64,000 nt of DNA from Patescibacteria group bacterium (GCA_043817315.1 JBDRGY010000002.1:1046-65045), one strand, 5' to 3'. Numbered from the stretch's first letter, positions 21,022 through 31,492 are shown. The notes: a model not told the origin generated them from the letters alone. Numbers and translations: made by a program.

Positions 21022-21096
21022 TAGTTTTGCAGAGGATACAAGCCAAGAAAATTCAAAAATGTTATAATAAATAAACTTAATATTAACTAAAAAACC

Positions 21097-21855
21097 ATGG
21101 AATTCATATGGCCAATTATCGTCATCGTGGTCATCATCCTCTTTATCAGCATCCGGCAGATCAACCAGTACCAGCGAGGAGTGATGTTCACTTTCGGAAA
21201 ATACACCGGGACCAAGGAACCGGGGTGGAGACTGGTTATTCCCATTTTTCAGATGATGAAACGGGTGGATATTCGGGTTTCAGTTGTCGACGTACCGGAT
21301 CAGGACGCTATTACCAAAGACAACGTTACCATTAAGGTAAATGCCGTACTCTATTACAAAGTAAGTGACGTCAGGGCAGCTATTATTGAAGTGGAAAACT
21401 TTCACTATGCCGTTTCCCAGTTGGCTCAAACTACCATGAGAGATATCGTCGGTGAAACTGATTTGGATAGTTTACTGACCAATCGTGAGGAAATTTCCGG
21501 TAAGATTCAAAGTATTGTTGATAAGGCCACCGATCCCTGGGGCATTAAAGTGGTAGCAGTGGAACTAAAGCATATTGAGCTGCCCGAAGAAATGAGAAGA
21601 ACTATCGGTAAACAAGCTGAAGCCGAAAGAGAAAAAAGATCGGTCATTATTAAGGCCGAAGGTGAGGTAATCGCCGCCGACAACATGGCAAAGGCCGCAA
21701 AAATAATGGGGGAGGCACCAGGGTCCCTCCATTTGAGAACTCTGCAATCAATTAACGACCTGTCTTCTGATCAATCCAATACTGTAATTTTTGCCATTCC
21801 GCTAGAAGTGCTGCGCGCCTTGGAGGGTGTAGTCAAAAAATTCGGACCGAAATAA
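21097..21855 (+). CDS. SPFH/band-7 (stomatin/prohibitin-like) membrane protein
   Basis: N-terminal TM helix, then a band-7 core (RGVMFTFGKY...VDVPDQDAITKDNVTIKVNAVLYYKV) and a coiled-coil region with AEAEREKR. Confidence 0.85.
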   Translation: MEFIWPIIVIVVIILFISIRQINQYQRGVMFTFGKYTGTKEPGWRLVIPIFQMMKRVDIRVSVVDVPDQDAITKDNVTIKVNAVLYYKVSDVRAAIIEVENFHYAVSQLAQTTMRDIVGETDLDSLLTNREEISGKIQSIVDKATDPWGIKVVAVELKHIELPEEMRRTIGKQAEAEREKRSVIIKAEGEVIAADNMAKAAKIMGEAPGSLHLRTLQSINDLSSDQSNTVIFAIPLEVLRALEGVVKKFGPK

Positions 21856-21920
21856 AGTATAAAATTACAAAATCCCCAATCGTCCTCGGCTGGGGATTTT
21901 TTTATCTTGAAAAACCTAGA

Positions 21921-22196
21921 TTATTTTAAAGCTTCTTTTAAATTTTTACCTGCTTTGAATTTGGGTATGGTTACAGTGGGGATTTGGATTCTTTCAGATG
22001 GATTCTGGGGATTGACGCCCATCCTGGCCTCTCTTCTTTTCGCCATGAATGTGCCAAAACCGGTCAAGGTAACTTCACCTCCTGATTTTAGGGTGTCCAT
22101 GACAATTTGTTCAAAACTATCCAAGACATCCTCCACTTGCTTTTTAGATAATCCGGCCTTTTCGGCAATTCTATCGGCCAATTCCGCTTTATTCAT
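21921..22196 (-). CDS. hup: DNA-binding protein HU
   Basis: 91 aa MNKAELADRIAEKAGLSKKQVEDVLDSFE...GFGTFMAKRREARMGVNPQNP...IPKFKAGK; typical HU/IHF fold sequence. Confidence 0.9.
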   Translation of the reverse strand: MNKAELADRIAEKAGLSKKQVEDVLDSFEQIVMDTLKSGGEVTLTGFGTFMAKRREARMGVNPQNPSERIQIPTVTIPKFKAGKNLKEALK

Positions 22197-22227
22197 GAAC
22201 CCTCACCTCCTTTCAAAATTAGTTATA

Positions 22228-23034
22228 TTAAACTGTCGTTTCTTTATCGGCTCGCTCGATTTTTGTGGTCTTCTTGGTTTTGGGATCAACCTCTAGATAA
22301 ACTGCATTAATAACGGCTTTGCCTTCTTCGGGAATTTCAAAAGTGTAATTTACAGAGTCTAGAAACATCTTGATAACGTTTTCTTTGTCTACTCCAATCA
22401 CCGAATCCAGGGCTCCTATCATGCCGATATCGGAAACATATCCGGTGCCTTCTTTTAAAATCTTCTGGTCAGCAGTTCCAATGTGGGTATGAGTACCCAT
22501 GACCGCTGAAGCTCTACCGTCTAAGTAATGCCCTAGGGCGTTTTTCTCCGAGGTGGCTTCAGCGTGAAAATCAACTATCACAGCGGCAAACTTGGGCCAA
22601 TCTTTTTCCAGTTGTTCAAATATTTCATCAAACTTGCGAAAGGGGCAATCGAAGCTTTCTGTGAAAAAAACTCTACCTATTAAGTTTATCACAAGTACTT
22701 TTTTCGTGCCAACGTCTATCACCTTGTGACCAAATCCGGGTACATTTGGCGGATAATTGGCCGGACGCAGCACCTTACTGCCCTCTTCCATGACAATATC
22801 TCCCACCTCTTTTTTTCTCCAGATATGATTGCCTGAAGTAAACAAATCAAAACCAAGTTCTTCCATTTCTGCTAATGTTTTTTTAGTCACCCCTTTGCCG
22901 TGTGCCAGATTCTCCACATTTAGCAACATCAAATCAGGATCATATTGTTCCCGGTATTCTGGCACTACTTTAGTTAGTGCCGCTCTGCCTATCTTGCCGA
23001 CCACGTCGCCAAAAAACAATATTTTTAGTTTCAT
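22228..23034 (-). CDS. ymdB: YmdB-like 2',3'-cyclic nucleotide phosphodiesterase (TIGR00282 metallophosphoesterase)
   Basis: MKLKILFFGDVVGKIGR...GNHIW...DFHAEATSEK...GTHTHIGTAD. It sits downstream of rny, as in the Firmicutes rny-ymdB operon. Confidence 0.85.
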   Translation of the reverse strand: MKLKILFFGDVVGKIGRAALTKVVPEYREQYDPDLMLLNVENLAHGKGVTKKTLAEMEELGFDLFTSGNHIWRKKEVGDIVMEEGSKVLRPANYPPNVPGFGHKVIDVGTKKVLVINLIGRVFFTESFDCPFRKFDEIFEQLEKDWPKFAAVIVDFHAEATSEKNALGHYLDGRASAVMGTHTHIGTADQKILKEGTGYVSDIGMIGALDSVIGVDKENVIKMFLDSVNYTFEIPEEGKAVINAVYLEVDPKTKKTTKIERADKETTV

Positions 23035-23067
23035 ATGTACCTTTCTAGGGCGAGTTATTTCGCCAGA

Positions 23068-24600
23068 TTATCTTGCGTAATCAATTACTCTGGTTTCTCT
23101 AATGACATTTACTTTAATTTCGCCAGGATATCTCAATTCCTCTTCGATTTTCTTAGCCACTTCTTTGGCCAATTTTATAGCTCCCAGATCATCAATCTCA
23201 TTGGGCATCACAAACACTCTGACTTCTCGTCCTGCCTGGATAGCATAAGACTTCTCAACTCCTGGGAAGGAGGTGGCTACTTTCTCCAGTTCATCTAAGC
23301 GCTGCAAATACTGTTCGTAGGTGTCTTTTCTGGCCCCTGGCCTGGATCCGGAAATAGCATCAGCTACTTTTACAATAATACCTTCCAGGGTAGTGGGGTG
23401 ATCCTCGTGATGTTCCACGATCGGTTTTATAATCTCTTCGGGTAGTCCAAATTTCTTGGCAATGTCCCGACCAATTTCAGGATGAGTGCCCTGTACTTCA
23501 TGGTCTACTGCCTTTCCTATATCATGTAACAGTCCGGCCTTTTTAGCGACTGCCGCATTGGCTCCTAGCTCCTCGGCCAATAAGGCAGAGAGGTTGGCCA
23601 CTTCAACGGAGTGACGCAGTACGTTTTGGCCATAGGAAGTACGATATTTGAGCCGACCCAAGATTCTGACTAGCTTAGGATCGATGCCGGTTACTCCCAC
23701 TTCGTACGTGGCATCTTCACCGGCTTTTCGAATATCCTGAGCCAATTCTTTTTTGGATATCTCGATGGCCTCTTCAATCTTGGAAGGATGAATGCGTCCA
23801 TCAGCTATTAGTTTGTCCAAGGCTCTTTTAGCCAAGTGGCGACGGATGGGACTAAACCCAGAGATAACGATAGCTTCAGGAGTATCGTCTACCACAATCT
23901 CTACTCCGGTTAGCTGTTCAATAGCCTTGATGTTTCTTCCTTCACGGCCGATAATCCTTCCCTTCATGTCATCAGAGGGCAGAGAAACTATGGTTGTAGT
24001 AGTCTCGGCTGCATGTGAGGTGACACAGCGCTGAATAGCAGTGGTTAATAAATCTCGGGCCTTGATGTCGAATACTTCTTGGTTTTCTCTCTCTAACTTG
24101 CGAATGCGTTCCACTAAATCCTCTTTCATTTCTTTCTCGGTCATTTCCATCAATTCATTTTTAGCGTCCTCCTTGGACATCGAAGCTACCGTTTCTAATT
24201 TTTTGATCTGGTCTTGTTGAATTTCTAATACTTTCTTCTTTATTGACTCTACTTGTCGGGCTTTGTCATATACTTTCTGCTGGCGGTTCTCCAGGTCTAA
24301 CAACTTCTGATCAAATAAACTTTCTCTTTTTTCTAAACGATTTTGCAGAGATTTTAATTCTCGGCGCCTGGCCGCTTCTTCCTTTTTGGCCTCCTCAATC
24401 ATGGTGATGGCTTTGTCTTTGGCTCGTAATAAAATCTCTCTTTCTTTTGACCGGGCGTCATCAACTATTTTTTTGGCTTTAGCGTCTGCTGAATCAATTT
24501 GCCGTGCCGCCATCGATTTTCTCACCCAGTAACCGATAATCATACCACCTGGCACAGCCAGTGCCAGAAAGATGATGTACAACAGATTTAGTTCATTCAT
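23068..24600 (-). CDS. rny: Ribonuclease Y
   Basis: N-terminal TM helix, coiled coil, KH domain (GRIIGREGRNIKAIEQLTGVEIVVDD) and HD domain (HSVEVANLSALLAEELG...GLLHDIGKAVDHE). Confidence 0.9.
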   Translation of the reverse strand: MNELNLLYIIFLALAVPGGMIIGYWVRKSMAARQIDSADAKAKKIVDDARSKEREILLRAKDKAITMIEEAKKEEAARRRELKSLQNRLEKRESLFDQKLLDLENRQQKVYDKARQVESIKKKVLEIQQDQIKKLETVASMSKEDAKNELMEMTEKEMKEDLVERIRKLERENQEVFDIKARDLLTTAIQRCVTSHAAETTTTIVSLPSDDMKGRIIGREGRNIKAIEQLTGVEIVVDDTPEAIVISGFSPIRRHLAKRALDKLIADGRIHPSKIEEAIEISKKELAQDIRKAGEDATYEVGVTGIDPKLVRILGRLKYRTSYGQNVLRHSVEVANLSALLAEELGANAAVAKKAGLLHDIGKAVDHEVQGTHPEIGRDIAKKFGLPEEIIKPIVEHHEDHPTTLEGIIVKVADAISGSRPGARKDTYEQYLQRLDELEKVATSFPGVEKSYAIQAGREVRVFVMPNEIDDLGAIKLAKEVAKKIEEELRYPGEIKVNVIRETRVIDYAR

Positions 24601-24695
24601 AGTTTTATTTCCTTATTTTGACCTTTATTTTTATAGTAATTGGCAAATAAATAAGACCGAGGAACTCGGTCATTTATTAAGTTTTATTAGCAAAT

Positions 24696-25271
24696 CTAGG
24701 AGATGATCTTGTCTATCAGCCCGTATTTCTTAGCCTCTTCCGCTGTCATAAAAAAATCTCTGTCAGTGTCTTCTTCAATTTTCTTTAAGGGTTGTCCTGT
24801 GTGGTGAGCTAATATCTTGTTTAAACGATCACGGATTTTCAAAATATGCTCTGCTCTAATTTTAATGTCTTGGGCTTGTCCTTCTGCTCCGCCCATAACC
24901 TGATGCAGGAGTACTTCTGAATTGGGCAAGGTAAATCTTTTACCCTTCTGGCCGGCTGATAAGAGCACTGCTCCCATTGAACCGGCTAGACCGACACAGA
25001 TAGTCACCACGTTTGGTTTAACATACTGCATGGTGTCATAGATAGCCATCCCGGCAGTGACCGAACCGCCAGGAGTGTTGACATAGAGTTTTATATCTTT
25101 ATTTTTGTCTTCCGATTCTAAAAAAAGAAGTTGAGCAATTACCGTATTGGCTACATTGTCATCTATCAAATCACCTAAAAAGATTATTCTCTCTTTTAAA
25201 AGTCGAGAATAAATATCATAGGCGCGCTCCCCTCTTGTAGATTTTTCTATTACTGTGGGTATTAATCTCAT
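24696..25271 (-). CDS. clpP: ATP-dependent Clp protease proteolytic subunit
   Basis: 191 aa with [32 protein letters not shown] and [11 protein letters not shown], the ClpP Ser-His-Asp context. Confidence 0.9.
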   Translation of the reverse strand: MRLIPTVIEKSTRGERAYDIYSRLLKERIIFLGDLIDDNVANTVIAQLLFLESEDKNKDIKLYVNTPGGSVTAGMAIYDTMQYVKPNVVTICVGLAGSMGAVLLSAGQKGKRFTLPNSEVLLHQVMGGAEGQAQDIKIRAEHILKIRDRLNKILAHHTGQPLKKIEEDTDRDFFMTAEEAKKYGLIDKIIS

Positions 25272-25277
25272 AGGGAT

Positions 25278-26249
25278 TTAGACAATTTGCCAACCGTTTG
25301 CTGTTTCTTTCAGCTTTCCTTTTACGGTAAATCCAGCTGCTTTTTTATGCCCTCCACCACCAAACATTGTAGCAATCTTTGAAACATCTATCAAGTCATC
25401 GGTGGATCGCAGACTACCTTTGATCTTACCGCCGGGTACTTCCCGCAAAACCAGCACTGCTTTGGTGTCAGACAGATTATTTAGGAAATTAGCTACTCCT
25501 TCGGTGCCCTCGTCGTCTGTTTGGCATTCCTCCAGGTCCTTTTGGGTGATGATAGTGGTGATAAAACCAGTTTCTTGATTCTTCTTCAATCGAGAGAGGG
25601 CCCTGCCCCACAGTTTGAGAGTACTTATTTGTTTATTTTTCAGAACATGAGTTACTATTTTTTTGAGGTCAGCTCCCTGAATCAAAAGTTTGGAAGCGCT
25701 ACGTAGCGAAGCAATGTTGGTGGCCGGATTAGTAAAGGCGCCAGTGTCCAGCAAGATGCCCGTTAGTAGGCAAGTAGCCATTTCTTTATCAACACTAATT
25801 CTCAGGTCGTCGAAATAATTGAAAAGGATTTCCGAAGTGGAAGAGGCTCCCGGATCAACCAAGTTTAGATCGCCAAACATCTGATTAGTATGGTGGTGAT
25901 CGATATTTACCAGCAAGGGCCGACGATAGGTAAATTCTTTAAAATACTCTTGCACTCCGGCATACATCAAATCACCAGAATCTAAGACCAGAATTGTATC
26001 GTAAATATCTTGAGAGAAAATCTGTGGATTGGTTTCTACCGACTCCACGAAAGGCAGAAAATCAAACTGGCCCGAGGGACAATCCAGGGCAAATAAGGTG
26101 TGTTTTCTCTTTTCCCTCTTTAAGTAGTTGGCTAATGATAAACCAGCTCCGATAGCATCACCATCCGGATTCTGATGAATAACCAAAAGGATGTTTTTTG
26201 ATCTATCAATATTATAGTTTATCTCTTTGTGAATACGGGAAAAATCCAT
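25278..26249 (-). CDS. DHH-DHHA1 phosphoesterase (NrnA-like oligoribonuclease/pAp phosphatase)
   Basis: HQNPDGDAIGAGLSLANYL and DHHHTN motifs, with a C-terminal DHHA1-like GGGH. Confidence 0.8.
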   Translation of the reverse strand: MDFSRIHKEINYNIDRSKNILLVIHQNPDGDAIGAGLSLANYLKREKRKHTLFALDCPSGQFDFLPFVESVETNPQIFSQDIYDTILVLDSGDLMYAGVQEYFKEFTYRRPLLVNIDHHHTNQMFGDLNLVDPGASSTSEILFNYFDDLRISVDKEMATCLLTGILLDTGAFTNPATNIASLRSASKLLIQGADLKKIVTHVLKNKQISTLKLWGRALSRLKKNQETGFITTIITQKDLEECQTDDEGTEGVANFLNNLSDTKAVLVLREVPGGKIKGSLRSTDDLIDVSKIATMFGGGGHKKAAGFTVKGKLKETANGWQIV

Positions 26250-26280
26250 ATATTACCTGGTAAATTTTCAACAGACCAGT

Positions 26281-26622
26281 TTAACGGGATTTCTTTTGTT
26301 TGTCAAGGATGCGAAAAATGCGGTCGGCTTTTTCTTCTGAAGTATCGATTTTAAAAGCAATCTTAGGTACAAATTTTAAGTGCAGTTTTTTAAACAAGAG
26401 TGATTGAATATTGAAAATATCGGAGTTTACTAAATCGAGTGCCGCCTTGCGATAAGTTATGGGTAGGACCGAGAGCCAGATAGTACAGTTTTTTAGATCA
26501 GGAGCCGTGTCCACTTTTTCTACAGTTACCAAATACTCCCGGGGAAACTCAATCTCCTTTAGCACGATCACATTAAACTGTTGCCGGATCAGTTCGTTGA
26601 TCCGGTCGGTTCTTATGCTCAT
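26281..26622 (-). CDS. rbfA: Ribosome-binding factor A
   Basis: 113 aa, RbfA-like KH fold sequence, directly downstream of infB in the conserved infB-rbfA arrangement. Confidence 0.75.
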   Translation of the reverse strand: MSIRTDRINELIRQQFNVIVLKEIEFPREYLVTVEKVDTAPDLKNCTIWLSVLPITYRKAALDLVNSDIFNIQSLLFKKLHLKFVPKIAFKIDTSEEKADRIFRILDKQKKSR

Positions 26623-28607
26623 TAAAGTTCCAATTTTTTGGCTAACTTTTGTTCTTGGTAGACTGTTAGCTTATCTCCCTCGGTAATGTCAGTAAAGCCG
26701 GATAGCCGTAACCCAAACTCATTGCCCTCTTTGACTTCGTCAACATTCTTCTTTTGAATCTGCAGCTGAGTAATCTTACCTTCTCCCAGTGGTTCTTTTC
26801 TGCGGAAGGCCTCGAATTTGGTCTTAGATAAAATTTTACCCTTAATTACCCGGCCACCCACAATGGCACTGTTTTTGTCTTTACGAAATACCGCTAATAT
26901 TTCTAGCTTGCCTAAATCTTCGCGCACCACTTCGTGCTCTAATAGTTCTTCCAGCCTATCTTTGGCTTCATCAATTAATTTATAAATAACCGAGAAAGTT
27001 TTTAAGTTCTCGTATTTGCGGCCGCGAATGACCTCTTGAGCCTCATTGGTAAAGGCAACGTGAAAACCGTAGAGATGGGCATCAGTAGTATCTGCCTGAA
27101 TAATATCCTGGCCCGAGATATTGCCTAATCCTTTTTTAACCACGTTGACCGCTACCTGGTCTGTTTTCAATTTTCGCAAAGAATTTATTATTGCTTCTAG
27201 GGAACCCAAAGTATCTGCTTTGATAATCAGATTCAGGTATGTAATTTTCGATTTTTTATTGGTTGACTTCTGGGGCATTATCTTTACCTGTTCCTTGATC
27301 ACTCTTAGTTTCTCTTTCTGTTGCTCCTTCAGCCCTCTCTTTAGTAATTTCTGATCTTCGATCACATGAAGAATGTCTCCCACCTTGGGACATCCCTTCA
27401 GGCCTATTATCTTGACCGGTTGGGCCGGTTCTGCTTCTTTGATGGTTTTTCCATTATGGTCATTCAATGATTTTATTTTTCCGGCTATCTCTCCTACCGA
27501 GACCAGGTCACCCCGACGCAGGGTACCGGTGTTGATCACGACCGTGGCCACGGCCCCTTCGCCTTTATCGATATGTGACTCAATAACGATACCGACTGCT
27601 TCCCTTTTGGGATTGGCTAGCAACTTATCTTTTTCCATGTCGGCTACCAACAATATCATATCCAGGAGTTCGTCCAGACCTTTCTTTTCTTTGGCCGAAA
27701 CCTCCTGACAGACTATCTTGCCTCCCCACTCTTCGGGATTTAAATCCTTTTGAGTCAACTGTTGTTTAACTTTTTGACAGTCAGCCTCTGGTTTATCAAC
27801 TTTATTAATGGCAACTAGCAGGGGGATTTTTGCTTTATTGATGATATCGATTGCCTCATCGGTTTGGGGCTTAATCCCATCATCCGCCGCAATAACTAAA
27901 ACGGCAATATCGGCGACTTTGGCTCCTCGGGAACGCATTTTATTAAAAGCTTCATGCCCGGGTGTGTCTATAAATGTAATCTTTTTACCCTTATGTTCTA
28001 CCTGATAGGCACCAATATGCTGAGTAATTCCTCCACTCTCTTGGGCCACTACGTTAGTTTCCCTGATAGCATCCAGCAGAGCTGTTTTTCCGTGATCCAC
28101 GTGTCCCAGCACTACTACAGTTGGTGGTTTGGGCTTAAGTCTGGAGGAATCATCCTTTAAAAGCTTAGCCAGGCTATCGTCCTGCATTTCCTCGTCAATG
28201 GTAGATTCCTCTTTAGCCAAAACGGCATCATAGCCCAAGTCTTCGGTAATAATGGCTGCTGTCTCAAAATCAATTTCTTCATTTTGAGAAGAGGCAATTC
28301 CGTTTTTCATTAAAATTCCCAATAAATCAACTACAGTCATGTCCAGTTTTTCGGCAAAGTCTCGGATAATTATCCTGCTGGGTAGATTTATCTTTTCGCC
28401 CTGGCTCAATTCTACAGCTTCCTCTTCCTCTTCCTCGGCTTCTTTTTTTAGACTAACTTTACCCTCAAGAGCTTCGTAAATTTTTTGAGCTTGTCTGTCG
28501 TCAATTTTTATGGCTCGGCGGCCCACATCAAAACCTAGCTCTTCGATTTCGTCAAAAAGTTGTTTCTTGGTAATTTTTAATTTTCTGGCTAGTTCGGTTA
28601 CGTTCAT
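26622..28607 (-). CDS. infB: Translation initiation factor IF-2
   Basis: G-domain [19 protein letters not shown]...DTPGHEAF...NKVDK, plus the IF-2 C-terminal beta-barrel domains. Confidence 0.95.
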   Translation of the reverse strand: MNVTELARKLKITKKQLFDEIEELGFDVGRRAIKIDDRQAQKIYEALEGKVSLKKEAEEEEEEAVELSQGEKINLPSRIIIRDFAEKLDMTVVDLLGILMKNGIASSQNEEIDFETAAIITEDLGYDAVLAKEESTIDEEMQDDSLAKLLKDDSSRLKPKPPTVVVLGHVDHGKTALLDAIRETNVVAQESGGITQHIGAYQVEHKGKKITFIDTPGHEAFNKMRSRGAKVADIAVLVIAADDGIKPQTDEAIDIINKAKIPLLVAINKVDKPEADCQKVKQQLTQKDLNPEEWGGKIVCQEVSAKEKKGLDELLDMILLVADMEKDKLLANPKREAVGIVIESHIDKGEGAVATVVINTGTLRRGDLVSVGEIAGKIKSLNDHNGKTIKEAEPAQPVKIIGLKGCPKVGDILHVIEDQKLLKRGLKEQQKEKLRVIKEQVKIMPQKSTNKKSKITYLNLIIKADTLGSLEAIINSLRKLKTDQVAVNVVKKGLGNISGQDIIQADTTDAHLYGFHVAFTNEAQEVIRGRKYENLKTFSVIYKLIDEAKDRLEELLEHEVVREDLGKLEILAVFRKDKNSAIVGGRVIKGKILSKTKFEAFRRKEPLGEGKITQLQIQKKNVDEVKEGNEFGLRLSGFTDITEGDKLTVYQEQKLAKKLEL

Positions 28608-28712
28608 AGGTAAGTTATTTTACTTGCTTGCTGGCTGCCAGTCAAGGCCCAAACTTTTCAAAAAATCGCCAGACATGCGGCGACTCTTTCAAATAATGAA
28701 AATAGTCGAAGT

Positions 28713-29474
28713 CTAAAACATCCTTTTCTTTCCAACAATAATTTTTAATTTTTTAGGTGCTACTTCGATAGAAACCGGGGTCTTGGTTATTTTCTGGCCA
28801 TCGGCCAATACGGTGACTGAGTCAGCTCGGCTGACTATTTTCAACCGGCGGGCCGGGAATACGCTTTTCTTGGAATCTGATTTCAACCAGCGGCCCAACA
28901 GCCCCCTGGGTTCATCTTTAGAGGTAATCACTGTTTCTAAAATTCCGTCTTGGGGATTGGAGGCGGCTCCTTTTTCTGATAAATAGTCGAAATTGCAAAT
29001 TTGTACGTAACTATTTTGGGAGGTTGGGGTCACCCAGTAACGACCGTCGCATTCTATAGAAACTGCTCCCGAGGGAACTTCAACCGATGACAGAAAGAAA
29101 TGTTTGTTGATCTTGCCAATATCTATCTGCTCACACAAACGAGCCGAGAGAACATCACAAGCCTTTTCATCGTGAGGAATGTCCAGGATCTGGGCAATCT
29201 TACTTTTGGTATCAACCGGTATATAACCTATGGTAGCGGGTTTGCCAGCCACGATTTTAATAACATCGAATAAGGTCTGATCATTTCCGACAGCCACTAT
29301 TGTCTCCGCTCCTTTTCTAAGTCCATCATCGATGGTCTCTTTCATGTTTTTGAGGAGCGTCATCTTTGCTGTCCGTCCGTTTAAACTCAAATCTGCCAAA
29401 CGAGCCTCTATCCGGTTTAAAACGGGCTCGTATTTCTTGTCGTTTAAATAGGAATCGTAAATGTAGAGATACAT
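28713..29474 (-). CDS. Diacylglycerol-kinase catalytic domain (DAGK_cat/YegS-like) protein with a degenerate GGDGT motif
   Basis: 253 aa; TIVAVGNDQT replaces the canonical GGDGT. Overall layout resembles the YegS/BmrU lipid kinase family. Confidence 0.45.
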   Translation of the reverse strand: MYLYIYDSYLNDKKYEPVLNRIEARLADLSLNGRTAKMTLLKNMKETIDDGLRKGAETIVAVGNDQTLFDVIKIVAGKPATIGYIPVDTKSKIAQILDIPHDEKACDVLSARLCEQIDIGKINKHFFLSSVEVPSGAVSIECDGRYWVTPTSQNSYVQICNFDYLSEKGAASNPQDGILETVITSKDEPRGLLGRWLKSDSKKSVFPARRLKIVSRADSVTVLADGQKITKTPVSIEVAPKKLKIIVGKKRMF

Positions 29475-29492
29475 AAATCGCCAAAGCGCCCG

Positions 29493-29918
29493 CTATTTTT
29501 TATTGTTGTTACGTCCTTTTTGATTGTTGGTCCTGGGGTCAATCTCCATGTCCTCTTTAACATCTGCTTCAGAAACCATCATGCACTTACCGTTAAATTG
29601 AGCTCCAGCGGCAATAGAAATTACTTTTGTTTCCAGGTTACCGATCAGTTTGGCGGTCTCAGCCAATTCGATTTTTTCCCTGGCTTTCACATTGCCTCTA
29701 ATTTGACCCGACAGGTGGATATTTTCTGCTGCCACGTCGGCCTTTATCTTGGCACCGGATCCTACTCTTAAGTTCTTGGCAGTTCGTAGGGTGCCCTGGA
29801 CTTCGCCCTCCACTACCACATCACCCTTACCATAAAAATTTCCTTCTACCTTAACCGAGGGTCCGATTAAGGTTTCTGTTTCTTTTAATTCGCGGTCATC
29901 TTTGGGAAAAATTGCCAT
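29493..29918 (-). CDS. Bactofilin (polymer-forming cytoskeletal protein, DUF583)
   Basis: Repetitive beta-helix-like segments VKVEGNFYGKGDVVVEGEVQGTLRTAKNLRVGSGAKIKADVAAENIHLSGQIRGNV typical of bactofilin/CcmA. Confidence 0.7.
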   Translation of the reverse strand: MAIFPKDDRELKETETLIGPSVKVEGNFYGKGDVVVEGEVQGTLRTAKNLRVGSGAKIKADVAAENIHLSGQIRGNVKAREKIELAETAKLIGNLETKVISIAAGAQFNGKCMMVSEADVKEDMEIDPRTNNQKGRNNNKK

Positions 29919-30051
29919 AATTTTGGTCCTTTTTTGAAAAAAATGCTAATTGGTAATCTAATCTTAGGCAAAATATGGGAAAATGTAAAGGAAATCTTGT
30001 TGTATGAGGCTTATTATTATAAACTAAAGACAAGATTATTAGATTATTCTC

Positions 30052-30216
30052 ATGTCTGAAGAAGAAATTAACCCAACCTACCTAAAAAGGGATTTGATCT
30101 TTACTCTGATTTTGTCTCTGGTTGTGGTCATGATTTTCGCCGGCCTGGTATTGATGGAGAGCAGTACCGGCCAAATCAGCCAAGTTGCCCACAAATTGAT
30201 GAATTACTTGATATAG
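30052..30216 (+). CDS. Small hypothetical membrane protein (54 aa)
   Basis: ATG ORF MSEEEINPTYLKRDLIFTLILSLVVVMIFAGLVLMESSTGQISQVAHKLMNYLI with one TM helix. Below the ORF-track cutoff. Confidence 0.25.
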   Translation: MSEEEINPTYLKRDLIFTLILSLVVVMIFAGLVLMESSTGQISQVAHKLMNYLI

Positions 30217-30349
30217 CTCTATTTTACGAAGCTTATTTTTGGCTATTATTAGGTAAAAGTCTGCATATTTTTTCTAATATTGACGTTTTGCTGACAAGAT
30301 GTTCCACGTGGAACATCATCTGTATTTTTAGCTAAGGTTAGGCAAATTT

Positions 30350-30421
30350 GCCCTTGTAGCTCAATGGATAGAGCAGATCCGTCCTAAGGATAAGATGGGG
30401 GTTCGATTCCCTCCAAGGGCA
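30350..30421 (+). tRNA. tRNA-Arg (anticodon CCT), no encoded CCA
   Basis: Acceptor GCCCTTG/CAAGGGC, D-arm GCTC-AATGGATA-GAGC, anticodon loop GTCCTAA, T-arm GGGGG-TTCGATT-CCCTC. Confidence 0.8.
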
Positions 30422-30501
30422 TATTACAGCGAATTCTTAAGGTCTTGAGCCGTATGAAAGGCCGAAATCCCGCCGATTGGCGGGGCCTCTCGGGAGACCA
30501 T

Positions 30502-30556
30502 GGGCCGTTAGCTCAGTTGGCTAGAGCGTCACTTTCGCACCCGCCTATCGGAGTGC
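30502..30556 (+). pseudogene. 5' fragment of a tRNA-Ala (CGC)-like gene (acceptor, D-arm and anticodon-loop remnant) directly upstream of the complete tRNA-Ala(CGC)
   Basis: GGGCCGTTAGCTCAGTTGGCTAGAGCGTCACTTTCGCAC is near-identical to the 5' half of the tRNA-Ala at 31767. No matching anticodon 3' stem or T-arm follows. Continues as linker CCGCCTATCGGAGTGC. Confidence 0.5.
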
Positions 30557-30628
30557 GGGCCAGTAGCTCAGTGGTAGAGCACTGCATTCGCATTGCAGGG
30601 GTCAGGGGTTCGACTCCCCTCTGGTCCA
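30557..30628 (+). tRNA. tRNA-Ala (anticodon CGC), G3:U70, no encoded CCA
   Basis: Acceptor GGGCCAG/CTGGTCC (G3:T70), D-arm GCTC-AGTGGTA-GAGC, anticodon stem CTGCA/TGCAG with loop TTCGCAT, T-arm AGGGG-TTCGACT-CCCCT, discriminator A. Confidence 0.9.
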
Positions 30629-30702
30629 TTTCCGCACGGCGGGCAGGTGGCGAAAGTCGCCCCGCTTTTTGGCGGAGCACGGCACCAAATCAAAAAAATG
30701 CC

Positions 30703-30740
30703 TAAAATCAGCCAAATTTTGGCTTGATTGTTTTTACAAA
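30703..30740 (+). terminator. Rho-independent terminator (AGCCAAAATTTTGGCT palindrome plus T-run)
   Basis: Self-complementary CAGCCAAATTTTGGCTTG followed by ATTGTTTTT. Confidence 0.4.
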
Positions 30741-30802
30741 ATGTGTTAGAATTAAGTTGTCCTTAATTTAGAAAAAATCCAAATTGAAAGGGGGTGAACT
30801 AA

Positions 30803-31492
30803 ATGGATACTTTTACATCATGGGGAGACGCCCTAAATAACTCATTAGATAATATCTGGACAGGTTTCCTTGATTTTCTGCCCAAATTCGTAGGGGCAGT
30901 TTTAATCTTCGTAATTGGCTGGATCGTTTCAGTTCTGATCGGAAATTTGGTATCAAGAGTAGTCAAATACCTTTGGGTAGATCGCCTATTACAAAGAATT
31001 AAGGTTAAGGAGGCAGTAGAAAAAGCCGGTATAAAGGTTGATATTGCCAAAAGTATGGGGTTGATAGTTAAGTGGTTTTTGATCTTTGTTTTTCTAACTG
31101 CCGCTACTGATGTTGTGGGTTGGACTGAAGTTACTCTGTTTTTGCGTAAATTCGTCGGTTATCTGCCAAATGTGATTATTGCCGTCATCATCTTCACCTT
31201 GGGCTTAATGTTTGCTAATTGGGTCCAAAGTGTGGTCAAAAAGTCAATTTCCGCCTATAAATTGCTCTCTCCTGAATTAGTATCAGCCATAGCTAAGTGG
31301 TCCATCGTTGTTTTCAGTCTGCTGGCCGCCTTAATCCAGTTAAGGGTCGCTCCTTCACTATTACAAACCTTATTCACAGGTATTGTTGCCATGATCGCTA
31401 TTGCCGGAGGCCTGGCTTTTGGCTTGGGTGGCAAGGAATATGCCCGGAACCTTTTAGAAAAAGTCCAAAAAGACGTCCATCCTAAAGAATAA
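30803..31492 (+). CDS. Membrane protein with repeated conserved TM-helix motifs (MscS-like N-terminal TM_helix repeat family)
   Basis: 229 aa, 4-5 TM helices with repeated (I/V)x(I/V)xxxLxxAA-like segments; RBS GAAAGGGGGTG upstream. Confidence 0.5.
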   Translation: MDTFTSWGDALNNSLDNIWTGFLDFLPKFVGAVLIFVIGWIVSVLIGNLVSRVVKYLWVDRLLQRIKVKEAVEKAGIKVDIAKSMGLIVKWFLIFVFLTAATDVVGWTEVTLFLRKFVGYLPNVIIAVIIFTLGLMFANWVQSVVKKSISAYKLLSPELVSAIAKWSIVVFSLLAALIQLRVAPSLLQTLFTGIVAMIAIAGGLAFGLGGKEYARNLLEKVQKDVHPKE

